DNA of 64,000 bases, taken from NCBI GenBank assembly GCA_039630575.1, contig JBCNUW010000002.1, forward strand, positions 64,001 to 128,000. Reading direction: 5' to 3'. The DNA is from Candidatus Hydrothermales bacterium. GTDB taxonomy: Bacteria; Hydrothermota; Hydrothermia; Hydrothermales; JAJRUZ01. The first letter of the stretch is position 1. The number at the start of each line of letters is the position of its first letter. Shown piece by piece: positions 31,916 to 43,262 of this stretch. The notes beneath the pieces are model-generated. The model made no database searches. It saw only the letters and a list, made by a program, of their open reading frames with translations, and was not told the DNA's origin. Made by a program: the position numbers and the translations under genes.

Positions 31916-32389
31916 GGTAATATTATAATCAAAATGTTTTAATTTTTTAAATTTCAATCATGTTAGTTTCTAAATCAAAAAATTTGAAATGGAGAAAGGC
32001 TTTTAGTTTTTTAAATTGTTAGATTCTAAAACAAAAATAATAAAAAACACTTCTCCACCTCTAAAAGTTAAAAAACTTTTCTTAAACTTATGTAAGCTTT
32101 TCTATTATACAAATTTAAATCTTTTAATCAAAATTATCTTTAAAAAAGTGTCTGAAAAAACTTTCAATTTTTAAAATTATTACTATACAATAAAATTTCT
32201 AAAAAATAAATTTAAAAATATGAAAATTAATTTTTGTTTTTGAATATAGCAAAACTCTAAAGAATTAGTTTGAAAAAATTTATGGTTAAAATTTAAAATT
32301 TTTATATATTAAAAACCATGATTCCTAATTGTGAATAAAGAGTAAGCAAATATGATAATTTTAAGCTTATTCTTGTTGAGAGAAAGAAT

Positions 32390-33190
32390 ATGTTTTATTC
32401 ATTATCCACATTTACTTATCTTATAACTCTAATTTTTATTATATCGTTAGTATATTTATATTTGATCCAAAAAATTAGGGAAAAGGGAATTATATTTAAA
32501 TTTTTTTTAGGAATTCTACTAATTGTATATTCTTTCTATACAGGCTTTTTTATAGGGGTTATGGTTTTTTCTCCAGAGGGAGGTTTAAAAATTAGTATTA
32601 TTTTTGGCAACATCCTTTCTTTTTCTATAATTCTCCAAAGAGGAACAGTATTCTTAATAGAATATTTTAAATTTAAAAATGTTTTATCTCACTACTTCAA
32701 AAAAGAAAAAGTTTTAATCTCCTATAACAATTACATAGCAATGAAAAAACTTGCAGAAAATTATGTGAAGATGGGAGAATACGAAAAGGCAAAAAAGATA
32801 CTTAAAGAAACTTTAGAAAACATAAAAGAAGAATCAATTAAAATGAATTTAAATATGGAAATAGATAATCTTGAAGCTTTTTTGAGATCAATAAAATCAG
32901 AGGAAAAAAAGGTTTGTAAATTTTGTAAAAATGAAATTTTTAAAGATAGTATAATATGTAATTTTTGTGAAAAAGTTCAATATCCAATATCACCCTACAT
33001 TTTTTTTAAAGAATTATTTAAAATAAATCCGAGGATTTTTATTGTCATTCCTTTATTCTTTTTTTTCATTTCTCTTACGATTAAATTTTCTTTAGCATTT
33101 TCCTACATATTTCTTTTCCTCGCCTTATATTTTCTGATTTATAATCCATTTGGAGATTTAAAAGTCCCATCAAAAGAGGAATTTGATTAA
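32390..33190 (+). CDS. Membrane protein with TPR-like helix and zinc ribbon
   Basis: Three N-terminal and two C-terminal TM segments; LAENYVKMGEYEKA; CKFC...CNFC. Confidence 0.65.
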   Translation: MFYSLSTFTYLITLIFIISLVYLYLIQKIREKGIIFKFFLGILLIVYSFYTGFFIGVMVFSPEGGLKISIIFGNILSFSIILQRGTVFLIEYFKFKNVLSHYFKKEKVLISYNNYIAMKKLAENYVKMGEYEKAKKILKETLENIKEESIKMNLNMEIDNLEAFLRSIKSEEKKVCKFCKNEIFKDSIICNFCEKVQYPISPYIFFKELFKINPRIFIVIPLFFFFISLTIKFSLAFSYIFLFLALYFLIYNPFGDLKVPSKEEFD

Positions 33191-33487
33191 AATTAAAATC
33201 TATTTATACCCTAAACATTGAGAATTTCCATAAGTGGGTTTATAGATTGGTCTTACCAATAAATTTTTAAAAGTGCTCAATCACCTTCATACCAAAAATA
33301 ATGTTGATTTTCTTCCATGAAATTTTACGTGTTCTTTGAAATTCATGCATTAAATTAAAAATTTATTTAAAGTCCCATAAATTAATAACTCAATTTATAA
33401 ATCCCCTGCGGTTACTTATATGAGTCTTTACGATCCAAATTTAAAAATTTATTTTTCTTAATCATCTTTTTTAAATTAAACTAGGAC

Positions 33488-33516
33488 TTGAAATTTATAA
33501 AAAATTAAATTATAAT
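33488..33516 (+). promoter_or_regulatory. Sigma70-type promoter of the 5S rRNA gene
   Basis: TTGAAA-17 bp-TATAAT ending 4 nt before the 5S sequence. Confidence 0.8.
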
Positions 33517-33520
33517 ATAA

Positions 33521-33640
<120 letters not shown>

Positions 33641-33651
33641 TAAATTTAAAA

Positions 33652-34221
33652 TCAGTTTGGGGGAGTTAGAAATGTATAGATTCCTGCCCCTGTTAAAACC
33701 CAAAGAATTTCGGCTGGAACCCTGCCTAGAAGGAGAGCAAAAATAAAATCCCTTAAATTTACTCCGATAAATCCAGCAAAATAACACAATAGATCCTTCG
33801 GTAGACCAGGTAGAGGAAGTAAAAAAAGTATTGAAAGCCAGAGAAAACTTTTTGATTTTATTTTTTCTCTATATTTCTCTAACCTCTCAAATTTTTTTAA
33901 TTTTAAAAATTTTTTCTCCCCTACTCTACCAAGAAAAAATCCTAAAAGGGACCCCAAAAAGTTTCCAAGAAGTGCAAGAAAAATTCCAGGTATAAAACCA
34001 TAAAAAAAGCCTATAAGAAAGGGAAATATTTGACCAGGTAAAGGAGCAACTATTACCTGAAAAGAGTGAAAAAAAATCAATAGTACAGGACCCAAAACCC
34101 CAGCCCGATTTACTATCTCTATCACTCTTGCTTTATTATAAGGATATAACAAGACCAAAATGGATACTATAAAAATTATAAGGAGTACAGTTGCAAAAAA
34201 AATAAAAAACCTTTTTAACAT
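33652..34221 (-). CDS. TVP38/TMEM64 (VTT/DedA) family membrane protein
   Basis: QVIVAPLPGQ, LPGLPKDLLCYFAG and GRVP motifs. Confidence 0.88.
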   Translation of the reverse strand: MLKRFFIFFATVLLIIFIVSILVLLYPYNKARVIEIVNRAGVLGPVLLIFFHSFQVIVAPLPGQIFPFLIGFFYGFIPGIFLALLGNFLGSLLGFFLGRVGEKKFLKLKKFERLEKYREKIKSKSFLWLSILFLLPLPGLPKDLLCYFAGFIGVNLRDFIFALLLGRVPAEILWVLTGAGIYTFLTPPN

Positions 34222-34331
34222 CTTCTTTAATTAAATAATAAGTCAAAAAATTTTAAAATATCTCTCTAAAGACAAAAATATTTTTAAAAAAGTTAAGATT
34301 TAAGTTATAATAATAAACCCAAAAAGATAAA

Positions 34332-34739
34332 ATGGGCTTTATAAAGTGGGACGAAAAATTTTCTACAGGTGTTGAGCAAATTGATGATCAGCATAAAAAA
34401 TTTGTGGAAATTATTAATGAGCTACACAACGCAATGAAACAAGGAAAAGGAAAAGAAATTGTTAAAAAGATTCTAAATGAGCTTAAAAGCTATTCGGTAT
34501 ATCATTTTAAAACCGAAGAAACTTACATGACTAAATATAAATATCAGGAATATCAAGAACATAAAAATGATCACGAATTTTTCAAAACTAAAGTTAAAGA
34601 ATTATTAGATAAAGATGAAAAAGGGTATCTTGGACTCAGCATTGAAACTTTAAACTTCATGAAGAATTGGCTAATAAAACATATACTCACCACAGATAAA
34701 AAGTTAGCAAATATCTTGTTACAAAAATCGGATCAATAA
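34332..34739 (+). CDS. Bacteriohemerythrin
   Basis: W...FSTGV..IDDQHK, HF.TEE.YM, H...H and WL..HI...DK. Confidence 0.93.
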   Translation: MGFIKWDEKFSTGVEQIDDQHKKFVEIINELHNAMKQGKGKEIVKKILNELKSYSVYHFKTEETYMTKYKYQEYQEHKNDHEFFKTKVKELLDKDEKGYLGLSIETLNFMKNWLIKHILTTDKKLANILLQKSDQ

Positions 34740-35920
34740 GACTTTCTTGTAAAAGAAAGCGAAATTCCTAAAAGAATACTGTTTATAATAAAATTAGTTC
34801 CACCATAGGAGAAAAATGTAAGAGGGATACCTGTTAATGGTAATAGACCTAAAACGCCTCCAATATTTACAAAAAAAGCGTAGAAAATAGACGAAAAAGT
34901 TCCGAGAACAAAAAAAGCCTCAAAGCCTTCTTTTTCTTTACTCAAATTTAAAATTGAGCTAAGTAAGAAAAAGTAAAGCAAGATTAAAAAAAGTGATCCC
35001 AAAAATCCAAATTCTTCAGCAAAGGATGCAAAGGCAAAATCAGAATATGCCTGTGGTAAAAAGGCAAGAGACTTATGTGAACCTTTCAAAAAACCTTTAC
35101 CTAAAATACCACCTGAACCAATGGCGAGCTTGCCTTGCAAAACTTGCCAACCTGCACCTTTTGGATCCTCTGCCGGATTTAAAAAATACTTCAGTCTTTT
35201 TCGCTGATACTCCTTTAAAAGATTATTATACACAAATGGAACTGTTAAACCTGGTAGCAAAATAGCAATCGAGAGTAAAATTCTATCAAATGCCTTAAAA
35301 CTTTTAATAAAAAAAACTAACAAAAGCGATAAAGTAGAAAATATGAAAAAACTTATAAAATTAAGGGAGGAAATAATTGATAAAGACGAAAATATATAAA
35401 ATAATTTCACGCCAACGCTAAAATTCAAAACAAAAATATAAACACCAAAAAGAAAAATATAAAAGAAAGCAGATCCAAGATCAGGTTCTACTAAAACTAA
35501 AGAAAATGGAATAAGGTAGAGAAAAAACATTTTGAATGACTCAAAATAATCTCTCTTTTTAATAAGTGAACAGTTCAATGAATAAAAATAAATCAGAAAA
35601 GGCTTCACTGCATCTGAAACCTGAAATGAAAAATTACCTATACGAAGCCACCTTTTTATACCTTCTTCCTTAACAAGAACTAAAACAAGAAGAAAAATAC
35701 TGATTAAAAAGAATAAATAATAAAACTCTCTCCACTTTGGTAAATTTATCTTGCTAAAAAAGATTAATAAAGAAAAACCAAGTATAAAGTAAACAAGGTG
35801 CCTTAAAAATAAATGTCCTCCAAAAGAACGTGAAATTGAAAAAATATTCAATATACCTAAAAAGGAAATAAGTAAATATATAATTAAAACTCTATTGTAA
35901 ACTTTTAAGATATTTTTCAT
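34733..35920 (-). CDS. rodA: Rod shape-determining protein RodA (SEDS family)
   Basis: EPDLGSA, GWQ..Q..AIGSGG..GKG, FLPQAYSDF and P.TGIPL.F.SYGG; follows mrdA. Confidence 0.92.
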   Translation of the reverse strand: MKNILKVYNRVLIIYLLISFLGILNIFSISRSFGGHLFLRHLVYFILGFSLLIFFSKINLPKWREFYYLFFLISIFLLVLVLVKEEGIKRWLRIGNFSFQVSDAVKPFLIYFYSLNCSLIKKRDYFESFKMFFLYLIPFSLVLVEPDLGSAFFYIFLFGVYIFVLNFSVGVKLFYIFSSLSIISSLNFISFFIFSTLSLLLVFFIKSFKAFDRILLSIAILLPGLTVPFVYNNLLKEYQRKRLKYFLNPAEDPKGAGWQVLQGKLAIGSGGILGKGFLKGSHKSLAFLPQAYSDFAFASFAEEFGFLGSLFLILLYFFLLSSILNLSKEKEGFEAFFVLGTFSSIFYAFFVNIGGVLGLLPLTGIPLTFFSYGGTNFIINSILLGISLSFTRKSY

Positions 35921-37499
35921 TAAGCCAATTAACCACCTTTCCAGCAATTGGAGCAGCTATCTCACCTCCCATACCAATATTCTCAACAATCACATAAACT
36001 GTAAATTTTGGATCATCAAAGGGGAAAAAACAAGCAAACTGAGCATGATCCTTACCAAAGGGATTTTGTGCTGTTCCTGTCTTACCCACAATCTTCAAAC
36101 CTGGAACATAACTCAACCTTCCTGTTCCCTCTTCACCGTGCACCACTTTTAAAAGTGCTTTTTTTAAAATTCTTATGTTCTCCTTTTTGAAAGGTAATTC
36201 AACTTCTTCCACCTTTAAATCCTTTAAAAGAAAAGGGGAAGGTGCTTTCCCATCACAAGCAATTAAAGAAAATAAAAATGCTATCTGTAGTGGAGTCATA
36301 AGAATTTCTCCCTGACCAATTCCAAGATTTAAAACATTCCCCTCACCAAATCCATACTTCCCATATTTTTTAATATAAAAGTTAAAATCTGGCCTAAATC
36401 CATTTTTCTCTTCAAACAAGTCAATCCCTGTCTTTTCAAAGATTTTTAATTTTTCTAGGTAACTTAAAAATCTTTTTAAACCAATCCTTCTTGAAATTTC
36501 ATAAAAATAAACATCACAAGAAACTTCTATAGCCTTAAAGAAATTCACAAAACCATGTCCCTCTTTTTTCCAATCCTTAAAAACTCTGTTACCAAATCTA
36601 TATACTCCATCACAATTTATAGTTTTGTTTGTATCAATTAAATTCTCTTCAAGAGCTATTAAAGCTGTGATAACCTTAAAAATACTACCTGGCGGATATA
36701 AACCCTGAATACACCTGTTTAAAAGTGGATGGAGAGAATCGTTTACAACTTTCGAAAGTTCTTCCTTTTCAGTTTTCCCTGTAAGATAATTTAAGTTATA
36801 TGCGGGTTTTGAATATAAAGCTAAAACTTCTCCAGATTTTGGATTCATAACAACACATGCGCCCTTATTAAAAGGTTTAAAGAGAGAATCAATAAACCTC
36901 CCAAGCTCCATATCAAGATTAACAGTTATATCTCTACCATCGATAGGCTCTAGTGGAGGTCTTGTCTCCCTATTATAAACTCTTCCTTTCACATCCATTA
37001 AAAGAAATTTATAACCATCTGAGCCTCTTAAAATATCATCATAAAATTTTTCCAATCCCACTTTTCCAATCCTTAATAATGGATCTATCCCTCTTTCTAC
37101 ATCCTTTTTATCAGGAAGACCTGTATAACCTATAGTTTGAGCAAAAATATTTTCAAAGGGATAATACCTATATAGTAAAGCATAAACATTAAAAAGTTTT
37201 GAAGAATCAGGATCCTCTAAATATCTAATAACCTCCTCCATTTGAACATCTTCTTTATACAAAGAGTCTCCTTTTAATAATCTGAAGCCTGTTCGCCAAT
37301 AAGATACTATTATTCCGTTTCTATCTAAAATTTTACCTCTTTTGGAAGGAAGTCTTATCTTCTTTGATTTTATCTCAATTGCTTTTTTTTCAAAAAATTC
37401 TCCCTTTAAAACTTGATAATCAAAAAGTTTTAAAAAAAACAAAAAAAATGAAAAAATTAAAAATGAATTTAAAACTTTAATACTAAAATCCTTTTCCAT
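35892..37499 (-). CDS. mrdA: Penicillin-binding protein 2
   Basis: PGSIFK (SxxK), SCD (SxD) and KTGTAQ; mre context. Confidence 0.92.
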   Translation of the reverse strand: MEKDFSIKVLNSFLIFSFFLFFLKLFDYQVLKGEFFEKKAIEIKSKKIRLPSKRGKILDRNGIIVSYWRTGFRLLKGDSLYKEDVQMEEVIRYLEDPDSSKLFNVYALLYRYYPFENIFAQTIGYTGLPDKKDVERGIDPLLRIGKVGLEKFYDDILRGSDGYKFLLMDVKGRVYNRETRPPLEPIDGRDITVNLDMELGRFIDSLFKPFNKGACVVMNPKSGEVLALYSKPAYNLNYLTGKTEKEELSKVVNDSLHPLLNRCIQGLYPPGSIFKVITALIALEENLIDTNKTINCDGVYRFGNRVFKDWKKEGHGFVNFFKAIEVSCDVYFYEISRRIGLKRFLSYLEKLKIFEKTGIDLFEEKNGFRPDFNFYIKKYGKYGFGEGNVLNLGIGQGEILMTPLQIAFLFSLIACDGKAPSPFLLKDLKVEEVELPFKKENIRILKKALLKVVHGEEGTGRLSYVPGLKIVGKTGTAQNPFGKDHAQFACFFPFDDPKFTVYVIVENIGMGGEIAAPIAGKVVNWLNEKYLKSLQ

Positions 37500-37873
37500 G
37501 GTATCGAATGAACAAAGGAAAATAATACAAAAGTGAAAAAAAAGAAATAGAAGCCTTTTAAAAAGATTAACGGACTAAATATTAGAATATTTCTTAAAAG
37601 TTGCGTAATGAAAATTGTAAAATTAATCTTATTTTTAAAGTAGTAATATAACATAAAAGTTACAATTAAAAAAAAAGTTAAAGGAACTTCTGAAAAATAA
37701 TCATAAAAAACTCCAAAAATAAATAAATAAATAAAACTTAATGGTCTAACATCATCAATAACTATAAGAAACATAACAATTAAAGAAATATCTAAAGGTA
37801 AGTAAGGAAAAAAAATTTTTGATACAGGTAGTATGAAAAAAAGATTAAAAACAAAAATTAAGAAATTAATCAT
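37469..37873 (-). CDS. mreD: Probable MreD (divergent)
   Basis: Hydrophobic 134 aa with G..YD motif, between mreC and mrdA. Confidence 0.6.
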   Translation of the reverse strand: MINFLIFVFNLFFILPVSKIFFPYLPLDISLIVMFLIVIDDVRPLSFIYLFIFGVFYDYFSEVPLTFFLIVTFMLYYYFKNKINFTIFITQLLRNILIFSPLIFLKGFYFFFFTFVLFSFVHSIPWKRILVLKF

Positions 37874-38529
37874 GGTCTAGGTGGAACAACATAATAAAAA
37901 CAATACTTTTCCGGTTTCCATAAAGGAGATACATATATTTCAAAAAAAATTTCTCCCTTTTTTTCTACTATACTATCTACAATAAAAGCTGGTATACCAC
38001 TAGGAAAATTTTCTGTAATACCACTTGTATATAAAGTATCACCTTTGTTTATCTCACCCCAAGAAGGATAAAAATAAACAATTCCAAACCTCCCACCGGT
38101 TCCCTGATATATTGATAAAATGTTATACTTTGAAATTAAGGAACACTTAAAATCCTCATTGAAAACAGTTTTAACTTTTAAAAAGTTTTTGTTAACCTCC
38201 AAAACTTTACCAACTAAAGCACCTTCTGTTACAACTACATCTCCCTTTTGCCCCTCTCCCTTTAAGATAAGATTTTTTGGATAGGGAAAATCATCATAAT
38301 AAACCGGAAAATTAACAAAAAGGGGAACCTCATGTTTTTTTAATTTAAATTTTAAACCCTCGAGTTTTTTCTCTCTAATATATAAAAAGGAATGAATTTC
38401 GTTATAAATATAAAAGTAAGGATAATAAATATAATTCTCAATTTTTTCATCAATAAAGGTTCTAATTTTTTTATTAAATGTCAAAAGTGAAAAAAACAAT
38501 AAAAAGAAAAAATAAAGAAACTTACTCAA
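37870..38529 (-). CDS. mreC: Rod shape-determining protein MreC
   Basis: GALVGKV and GDTLYTSG..FPSGIP; follows mreB. Confidence 0.85.
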   Translation of the reverse strand: MSKFLYFFFLLFFSLLTFNKKIRTFIDEKIENYIYYPYFYIYNEIHSFLYIREKKLEGLKFKLKKHEVPLFVNFPVYYDDFPYPKNLILKGEGQKGDVVVTEGALVGKVLEVNKNFLKVKTVFNEDFKCSLISKYNILSIYQGTGGRFGIVYFYPSWGEINKGDTLYTSGITENFPSGIPAFIVDSIVEKKGEIFFEIYVSPLWKPEKYCFYYVVPPRP

Positions 38530-39574
38530 ATATTCTTTTTCTTTCTCTTAAAAGAACCTTCTCATAAATTTCAAGGTTGTCAATGATTTTTCCTGCTCCC
38601 CTCACTACACATGTCCTTGGATCATCCGCAACTCTTACAGGAAGACCTGTAGCCTCCTGAATTAAAATATCTAAGTTCCTAAGTAAAGCACCACCTCCTG
38701 TTAGATAAATTCCTCTATCGATTATATCTGAAGAAAGCTCTGGTGGCGTCTTGTCAAGAGCCTTTTTTGTTGAATCTATTATTTGAGCAAGAGGTTCTTT
38801 TAGAGCCTCTCTCACCTCGCTAGATGTTATCTTAATAGTCCGAGGAATTCCCTTTACTAAATCTCTTCCCCTTACTTCCATCTCTCTTTCATCGCCAATT
38901 GGTAAACAGTTCCCAATTTCAATTTTAATTCTTTCAGCAGTTTGATCACCAATCAAAACATTATATTTCTTTTTAACATACTCTATAATCGATTCGTCTA
39001 ACTCATCTCCAGCAACTCGTGTTGAAACATTTGAAACAATTCCATTTAGAGCAATCACAGCAATCTCAGTAGTTCCACCTCCAATATCTATTACCATATT
39101 TCCAACAGGCTCTGAAATAGGAAGACCAATTCCAACTGCTGCAGCAATCGGTTCAGCCACAAGAAAAACGTCCCTTGCACCTGCATGAATTGCTGAATCC
39201 CTTACTGCTCTAATCTCTACCTCAGTTATCCCAGATGGAACACATATGAGAATTTTTGGATGCAAAAATAAAGACTTTTTAGTTACCTTAGTTATAAAAT
39301 AATGAAGCATCTCCTGAACTAAAGCAAAATCTGCTATAACACCATCTTTCATCGGTCTTCTAGCAACAATCTCACCTGGAGTTTTACCTAGCATCTTCTT
39401 AGCCTCACTTCCCACAGCTATGACTTTTCCTGATTCTTTCTCAACAGCAACTACCGAAGGTTCATCCAAAACAATTCCTTTTTCTTTTAAATAAATCAAA
39501 GTAGTTGCAGTACCAAGATCAATAGCTATCTCATTACCAAGAAAAAAATCAAAAAACTTGAAAAAATTTTTCAC
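38522..39574 (-). CDS. mreB: Rod shape-determining protein MreB
   Basis: AIDLGTA, RPMKDGVIADF, DIGGGTTE and LTGGGALL. Confidence 0.97.
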   Translation of the reverse strand: MKNFFKFFDFFLGNEIAIDLGTATTLIYLKEKGIVLDEPSVVAVEKESGKVIAVGSEAKKMLGKTPGEIVARRPMKDGVIADFALVQEMLHYFITKVTKKSLFLHPKILICVPSGITEVEIRAVRDSAIHAGARDVFLVAEPIAAAVGIGLPISEPVGNMVIDIGGGTTEIAVIALNGIVSNVSTRVAGDELDESIIEYVKKKYNVLIGDQTAERIKIEIGNCLPIGDEREMEVRGRDLVKGIPRTIKITSSEVREALKEPLAQIIDSTKKALDKTPPELSSDIIDRGIYLTGGGALLRNLDILIQEATGLPVRVADDPRTCVVRGAGKIIDNLEIYEKVLLRERKRIFE

Positions 39575-39586
39575 GTTAATTAATAT

Positions 39587-39787
39587 TTAATAATTTTTTC
39601 CAAATTTTTCCCTTAAAATTGTTTTAACTCTCGCAATATCTCTTTTAAATTTTCTAATCTCAGTGGGCTTCTCAATACTACCCAACACCTTCTTTGTTCT
39701 TAACTCAAATAATTTCTCTTTTAATTCTTTTAAAATTCTTAATAGTTCTTCTTGATCAAGTTCTCTAAGTTCAGAAGCCTTCACCAT
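39587..39787 (-). CDS. rpmC: 50S ribosomal protein L29
   Basis: KASELRE...[12 protein letters not shown]. Confidence 0.95.
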   Translation of the reverse strand: MVKASELRELDQEELLRILKELKEKLFELRTKKVLGSIEKPTEIRKFKRDIARVKTILREKFGKNY

Positions 39788-40200
39788 CCTCCCTCCCTTT
39801 GAGTAACAAATCTTGTTTTTATTGGCAACTTATGAGAAGCCAGTTCGAAAGCCCTTCTTGCAACATCCTCTGAAACACCAGCAAGTTCAAAAAGAATCCT
39901 ACCTCTTTTTACAACAGCTACATAATGATCAACATTTCCCTTACCCTTTCCCATCCTGGTCTCTGCTGGCTTTTTGGAAACGGGTTTATCAGGAAATATC
40001 CTTATCCACAATTTACCACCTTTTTTTAAATACCTACCAATAGCTAACCTACATGCTTCAATTTGATTTGCTTTAATCCAGGCAGACTCAAGTGCTTTTA
40101 AACCATACTCTCCAAAAGCAAGATAACATCCATCAATCGCTTTTCCTTTCCTCCTTCCTCTATGTTGTTTTCTATATTTCATTCTTTTAGGTTGAAGCAT
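39781..40200 (-). CDS. rplP: 50S ribosomal protein L16
   Basis: [15 protein letters not shown] and RMGKGKG. Confidence 0.97.
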   Translation of the reverse strand: MLQPKRMKYRKQHRGRRKGKAIDGCYLAFGEYGLKALESAWIKANQIEACRLAIGRYLKKGGKLWIRIFPDKPVSKKPAETRMGKGKGNVDHYVAVVKRGRILFELAGVSEDVARRAFELASHKLPIKTRFVTQREGGW

Positions 40201-40202
40201 AT

Positions 40203-40859
40203 TTAAACCTCCTCAATTTCAGGTTTTTCAAGAATATCACCTTTATATATCCAAACTTTAACACCTATTGTTCCATACCTTGTAAAAGAAGTAGAAAAAC
40301 CATAATCAATATCTGCCCTTATAGTCTGTAAAGGAACTCTACCCTGCATATACCCTTCCTTTCTTGCCAATTCTGCTCCTTGAAGTCTTCCTTTACATTG
40401 AACTTTTATTCCTTTTGCCCCCATTCTTAAAGCCTGTGAAACAGCCCTCTTCATGGCTCTCCTGTGAGAAACCTGCTGCTCTATTCTCCTTGCAATACCA
40501 TCCGCAACAAGCTGAGCATCTAGTTCCGGAACTCTTATTTCCTGAACATGAATAGTTATATTTTCGTTTTTTAAAAGTGTGGAAAGTTCTTTTTTTACAA
40601 GTTCTATTTCCTTTCCCTTTTGTCCGATTACCATACCCGGAGAAGCAGTATAAACTGTGACAGTTATTTGATCACCAGCTCTATCAATGATAACATCAGA
40701 AATTCTTGCATCCTTATATCTCTCTCTTAAATAAGTCCTAATTTTATTATCCTCATCAAAATATTTCACATACTCAGCTCTCCTATCTGCAAACCAGTGT
40801 GCCTTCCAATCTTTATTTATACCAAGCCTAAAACCATAAGGATGAACTTTTTGACCCAT
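40203..40859 (-). CDS. rpsC: 30S ribosomal protein S3
   Basis: [13 protein letters not shown] and [14 protein letters not shown]. Confidence 0.97.
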   Translation of the reverse strand: MGQKVHPYGFRLGINKDWKAHWFADRRAEYVKYFDEDNKIRTYLRERYKDARISDVIIDRAGDQITVTVYTASPGMVIGQKGKEIELVKKELSTLLKNENITIHVQEIRVPELDAQLVADGIARRIEQQVSHRRAMKRAVSQALRMGAKGIKVQCKGRLQGAELARKEGYMQGRVPLQTIRADIDYGFSTSFTRYGTIGVKVWIYKGDILEKPEIEEV

Positions 40860-41212
40860 TACTTTACCTCCTCCACCACAACTGTAAAATGAGCTGTATG
40901 TCTTCTTGCAATTCTTGGTGCTCCTCTAAATCCTGGTCTTAGGATTCTCCAAGTGGAACCTTTATCAACTTTACAAACTTTAACCATCAAGTTATTAAAA
41001 TCAACGTCATCAAACTTTATACCCTTTTTTATTGCCCAGGAATTGCAAGCAGATTTTACTGCTTTGTAAAGTAATTTTGCCGGTTTTTTTGTAAGAAAAT
41101 ACAAAGTATCTAAAGCCTCTTTAGCAGTTTTTCCTCTTATAGCTTCACATATCCTCTTTGATTTTTTAAAAGATGTTCTCAGATACCTTATCCTGGCAAC
41201 TCCCTCAACCAT
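40859..41212 (-). CDS. rplV: 50S ribosomal protein L22
   Basis: Start moved to ATG 41212 (MVEGVARIRYLRTS); operon position. Confidence 0.93.
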   Translation of the reverse strand: MVEGVARIRYLRTSFKKSKRICEAIRGKTAKEALDTLYFLTKKPAKLLYKAVKSACNSWAIKKGIKFDDVDFNNLMVKVCKVDKGSTWRILRPGFRGAPRIARRHTAHFTVVVEEVK

Positions 41213-41213
41213 T

Positions 41214-41501
41214 TTATCCCTCCTTTTTTGCTTCCTTTTCCCTCTGACCCTTGTGTCCTCTAAATGTGCGTGTTGGTGAAAACTCACCAAGTTTATGACC
41301 AACCATTAATTCTGTTATATATACTGGAATGAACTTCCTTCCATTGTGCACCTGTATTGTTAAACCTACCATCTCAGGAATAACAGTGCTTCTTCTTGAA
41401 TATGTTTTTATGGGAGTTACATCACCTTTTTGTTTTGCTTCCAAAATTTTTTTTAAAAGTTTTGGATCAACATAAACTCCCTTTTTACTTGATCTGGGCA
41501 T
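41214..41501 (-). CDS. rpsS: 30S ribosomal protein S19
   Basis: [15 protein letters not shown]. Confidence 0.97.
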   Translation of the reverse strand: MPRSSKKGVYVDPKLLKKILEAKQKGDVTPIKTYSRRSTVIPEMVGLTIQVHNGRKFIPVYITELMVGHKLGEFSPTRTFRGHKGQREKEAKKEG

Positions 41502-41503
41502 AA

Positions 41504-42325
41504 TTATTTTCTCCTTTTTATTATGAATCTACTTGAAACTTTTCTTGGATTTCTTGTTTTCTTACCTTTTGTGATTTTTCCCCACGGAGTTTTTGGAATT
41601 TTCCCTTTTGTTCTTCCTTCACCTCCACCATGAGGGTGATCACATGGGTTCATTGCTGTACCCCTCACATGAGGTTTTTTACCCATCCATCTAATTCTAC
41701 CTGCCTTACCTATTATTATGTTTTCATTATCAAGATTTGAAACTCTTCCTATGGTAGCTAATGATTTCTGATTTATAAGTCTTATTTCTCCCGAGGGTAG
41801 TTGAACATGAGCATACTTTCCCTCCTTTGCTAAAATAATAGCAGCACTTCCGGCAGATCTTACTAATTTACCACCCCTACCTGGAATAAGCTCTATGTTG
41901 TGAATTTCCATTCCCTCTGGAATTTCTGAGAGTGGTAAAGCATTACCAATTTTCAAAGGAGAACCTGAACCAGAAACCACCTCATCACCGACCTTTAAAC
42001 CTTCTGGAGCTAAAATATATCTTTTTTCACCATCCTTATAACATAATAGTGCTATTCTTGCCGTTCTATTAGGATCATACTCAATACTTAAAACCTTCGC
42101 AGGTATACCAAACTTTTCTCTTTTAAAATCAATAATCCTATATTGCCTTTTGTGACCACCACCTCTAAACCGAACCGTTATCCTACCATAATTGTTTCTA
42201 CCAGCTTTCTTTTTAAGTGGTAAAGTTAAGCTTTTTTCAGGTTCTGTTTTTGTAATCTCCTCAAATGTATAACCTGTCATAAACCTCCTTGAAGGTGTAT
42301 AAGCTTTATACCTTTTTATACCCAT
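41504..42325 (-). CDS. rplB: 50S ribosomal protein L2
   Basis: IEYDPNR and [13 protein letters not shown]. Confidence 0.97.
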   Translation of the reverse strand: MGIKRYKAYTPSRRFMTGYTFEEITKTEPEKSLTLPLKKKAGRNNYGRITVRFRGGGHKRQYRIIDFKREKFGIPAKVLSIEYDPNRTARIALLCYKDGEKRYILAPEGLKVGDEVVSGSGSPLKIGNALPLSEIPEGMEIHNIELIPGRGGKLVRSAGSAAIILAKEGKYAHVQLPSGEIRLINQKSLATIGRVSNLDNENIIIGKAGRIRWMGKKPHVRGTAMNPCDHPHGGGEGRTKGKIPKTPWGKITKGKKTRNPRKVSSRFIIKRRK

Positions 42326-42337
42326 ATCACACCCCCT

Positions 42338-42631
42338 CTACATTCCTTCATATAAAGGTATTGTTTCACCTTCTTTTAATTTTACATACGCCTTTTTCCA
42401 TGAGGATGTTCTACCGTATAGTCGATGTCTTAGCCTTTTTGGCTTAGATTTAACATTGAGAGTTCTTACTTTTTCAACTTTTACCTTATATAAATTTTCA
42501 ATTGCCCATTTAATTTCTTTTTTATTTGCATCTTTCCTTACTTTAAAAATATAGTAATTAGATTTTTCTCTTAAAAATGTTCCTTTTTCAGTTATAAGCG
42601 GTGAAATTATAATATCATAAGGACTTTTCAC
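42338..42631 (-). CDS. rplW: 50S ribosomal protein L23
   Basis: PLITEK and WKKAYVKL. Confidence 0.95.
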   Translation of the reverse strand: MKSPYDIIISPLITEKGTFLREKSNYYIFKVRKDANKKEIKWAIENLYKVKVEKVRTLNVKSKPKRLRHRLYGRTSSWKKAYVKLKEGETIPLYEGM

Positions 42632-43262
42632 TTTTTAATCCTCCTCTTACTTCTAAAAATTCATTTAGACCTTCATCTGAAAAAATTATATATTTAGAAT
42701 TTAATACATCATATGCGTTCACATCTTTTGCTCTTTTGCATTCAACTTTTTCAATATTTTTAAATGCTAAAAAACTTTTCCTTTCAGAATCAGCAAACAA
42801 TAAAATAACCTTTTTATCAGTCAACCCAAGACTGTTTATTACTTTTTCCCCTTCTTTTGTTTTTAGTGTTAAATCCTTAACACCAGTTAATACTTTAACT
42901 CTCTCATCCCTTGCTCTATCACTTAAAGCAATATACAGTGCTTTTAATTTAACTTTATAAGGTAAACTTATTGAAAAATCCCTTGGTTTAGGACCAAAAA
43001 CAACTCCTCCCTTTCTCCATATTGGGGATCTAATTGAACCATGCCTTGCCCAACCTGTATGCTTCTGTGGCCAAGGTTTCCTCCCGCCTCCACTCACTTC
43101 TCCCCTTGTCTTTGTATTTGCAGTACCTGCTCTCTTCCTTGATAAGTAATACCTTGTTACAAGCCAAAGTAAATGCAAGTTAGGTTTTAAATTGAATATA
43201 TAAGATGGTAACTCTCTTTCACCAATTTCTTTTCCTGTTATGTCAAAAACCTTTGCCTTCAT
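42615..43262 (-). CDS. rplD: 50S ribosomal protein L4
   Basis: TKTRGEVSGGGRKPWPQK and GGVVFGPKPR. Confidence 0.96.
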   Translation of the reverse strand: MKAKVFDITGKEIGERELPSYIFNLKPNLHLLWLVTRYYLSRKRAGTANTKTRGEVSGGGRKPWPQKHTGWARHGSIRSPIWRKGGVVFGPKPRDFSISLPYKVKLKALYIALSDRARDERVKVLTGVKDLTLKTKEGEKVINSLGLTDKKVILLFADSERKSFLAFKNIEKVECKRAKDVNAYDVLNSKYIIFSDEGLNEFLEVRGGLKSEKSL